The translations under genes were made by a program, and so were the position numbers. 22,867 nt of DNA from Octopus sinensis (Eukaryota). Below the pieces are notes generated by a model, which was not told the origin of the DNA, searched no databases, and was given only the letters and a program-made list of their open reading frames with translations. Below, piece by piece: positions 20,724-22,867 of this stretch; position 1 is the stretch's first letter; every line of letters starts with the position of its first letter. The DNA lies in assembly GCF_006345805.1 (NCBI RefSeq), contig NW_021823682.1, forward strand, positions 1-22,867. The letters are read 5' to 3'.

Positions 20724-21215
20724 TACTAAGCAATTAAGGGTTTAGCAACGAATTGCCTTACCGCACACCGAATTTAGAAATAGCAGTCAAAGAGATTATA
20801 GCTATTTCTTCTACTAAAAGGGAGATCTCAGTAAAAACACAGCATTTGAAAGGCAAACACAAACAGGTAAGAGAGAATGAATTGACGGCAATCTATCATA
20901 CAGTTTTAAGTCACCTACGGACGTACGTTCGAAATCAAGTCTTAGGAAACATAAGAATTAGATAATCTACCTACCCAAACTTCAATTCTCTCATCAGCGC
21001 AGGATACAAACAATCATGATGATTGTAATTTGAATTCAAATTCAAATTCAATATACAATCATTATGTGCGGTAAGCAATTCGTTGCTAAACCCTTAATTG
21101 CTTAGTATTACTTAAATTTTCCTCGAATGAGGTTTTAACATGCCGAAGACTACTTGGTGTAATTGATAATTATTCCAAATTAATTAATTTCACCCTTCAT
21201 TGTTACTGATAACTA
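20724..21215. mobile_element. (TA)n-flanked element with ~43-bp inverted repeats and a hammerhead-like motif, probably PLE derived
   Basis: Inverted arms 20724-20767 and 21065-21107 (one 1-nt indel). TA-rich arrays lie on both sides. Distantly similar to the 8711-8929 arm. Confidence 0.55.
20914..21003 (-). ncRNA. Type I hammerhead-like ribozyme of a second family, with GAAA shortened to GAA
   Basis: Minus strand CCUGCG-CUGAUGA-GAGA...UUUC-GA-ACGUACGU-C/CGUAGG. 6-bp stem I (one G-U), palindromic stem III, GUC triplet; predicted cut between 20920 and 20919. Confidence 0.6.
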
Positions 21216-21250
21216 TATAGTTATATAAATATAAATATATATATATATAT

Positions 21251-21319
<69 letters not shown>

Positions 21320-21733
21320 GTTATATATATATGTGTGTGTGTGGTGTATATATATATGTACGTACACACAGATATAAACATGCATAAGTACGCATGCGCG
21401 CTCGCTTATACTCGCAAATGCATACACATAACCGCATATAGAAGTTCTAGAGATATATCTGTGCTAAAGGTACCACAATGTATCCTAAGTACGCCAGTGC
21501 ATAAGCTATGAATAATGAAATTATTGTATTTATAAGGGTTAAATTTAGTTGTGCATGGAACAGCGTTAAGTGAGGAAGCCACGTACATATGAATACAAAT
21601 GAAAATAAATATTATACACTGGGAAAAAATCCTACTCATGCGATTCGAACTCATCATGGTATTACCCATATTCAGAAAAGAGGGATTTGTAATATTTCTG
21701 TATTGTCATACATATTACCAATAATGTTTGAAC

Positions 21734-21899
21734 GGAGGCGCAATGGCCCAGTGCTTAGGGCAGCGGACTCGCGGTCATACGATCGCGGTTTCGATTCCCA
21801 GAACCGGGCGTTGTGAGTGTTTATTGAGCGAAAACACCTAAAGCTCCACGAGGCTCCGGCAGGGGATGGTGGTGATCCCTGCTGTACTCTTTCACCACT
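21734..21899 (+). mobile_element. tRNA-derived SINE (family D), 5' part
   Basis: GGCGCAATGGCCCAGTGCTTAGG (A box)...GTTTCGATTCCC (B box), then GTGTTTATTGAGCGAAAACAC. The 3' extent is not tRNA-like. Confidence 0.75.
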
Positions 21900-21966
21900 A
21901 TATCTAGATGCCATTATTTAGAGCTGTAGAGCTTAGTGATGCAATTATGTACATTTGTGCATATGC

Positions 21967-22009
<43 letters not shown>

Positions 22010-22640
22010 GCTGTATATATGTGTAAATATAGACGCACATATATACAGGTATATAGTTATGTGTGCGTGTCTATGTGTCTGTGTAATGTGCGTGTAGCCG
22101 TGTGTGTATCCATGCGTGTGTCCGTGTGTGTTTTTGAGTTTGCATATGTTTGGTAATTAGTCTAGACATTATGTATAATTGGTTTGTTGTCCACTTGAAG
22201 CAATTACATTCTAAGAACAGCAAATTATCGTTAGGAAACATGCATAATCAAAGATAAGAAATACAACGTAAAAATTTATGTTTAATTTAGTATAGCTGCG
22301 TATATCACCATGTGAATATATGTGGATATATTCACATATATGAATATCTCAATGCCGTTATAATCATACGGTCACAATAATTTAACGTAGATATGATCAA
22401 TAATTCAGAAATTACCATTATATCGTTTCCAAAATATTTTTGTTTACTAAATAATGTTAACTGTTATTATCGCCTTATATGTATTGTAAACCGAATAACA
22501 CCATGGTGACAAAGTGGGAGAATCGTTAACTCGTTGGGAAAAAATATCTGGCGGGATTTCTTCAGACTCTATACCTCCCGTGTTCAAATTCGCTCAAGTA
22601 CTGCTTCGACGAAATCCATTTGGTTCTTTCATCATAATTT

Positions 22641-22867
22641 TACTCTCTTTTACTCTTTTACTTGTTTCAGTCATTTGACTGCGGCCATGCTGGAGCACCG
22701 CCTTTAATCGAGCAGCTCGACCCCCGGACTTATTCTTTGTAAGCCCAGTACTTATTCTATCGGTCTCTTTTGCCGAACCGCTAAGTTGCGGGGACGTAAA
22801 CACATCAGCATCGGTTGTCAAGCGATGTTGGAGGGACAAAGCATAGACACACAAACATACACACACA
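22641..22867 (-). mobile_element. SINE family A 3' half, running off the window
   Basis: Closely matches 2717-2925, including the (TACTCTTT)n tail. Confidence 0.9.

Noticed and set aside
20753-20965. 70-aa ORF MPYRTPNLEIAVKE...
   Set aside because: Non-ATG start, no recognisable motif, and it lies inside a repeat overlapping the antisense of the hammerhead.
22500-22640. GC-richer stretch with short open frames (HGDKVGESLTRWEKISGG...)
   Set aside because: Short, no recognisable homology or convincing splice sites.

Overview
AT-rich eukaryotic non-coding DNA, most likely intronic or intergenic. The SINE families and extreme microsatellite load resemble an octopus (coleoid cephalopod) genome; this is recognition from memory, not a search result. 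No host protein-coding gene is supportable, and most ORFs in the track are translations of microsatellites. Recognisable elements: several families of tRNA-derived SINEs (one nested in another with a 16-bp TSD), a pogo/Tc2-like MITE (4228-4746), an RTE-clade LINE 3' end with three C2H2 fingers (6195-6781), a decayed mariner (11080-12111), a CR1 3' end (18838-19490), a decayed Penelope-like GIY-YIG remnant (16281-16510) and a possible R4/Dong 3' end at the left edge. The standout is a (TA)n-flanked array at 16791-18407 of a ~471-476-bp highly structured unit, tandem on one strand then folded back. Each complete unit carries a type I hammerhead ribozyme fold with a palindromic stem III, as expected for a non-LTR retrozyme or Penelope pseudo-LTR array that could release a ~474-nt self-cleaved RNA. 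Two further hammerhead-like motifs of different sequence (9819-9853, 20914-21003) sit in other (TA)n-flanked inverted-repeat elements.
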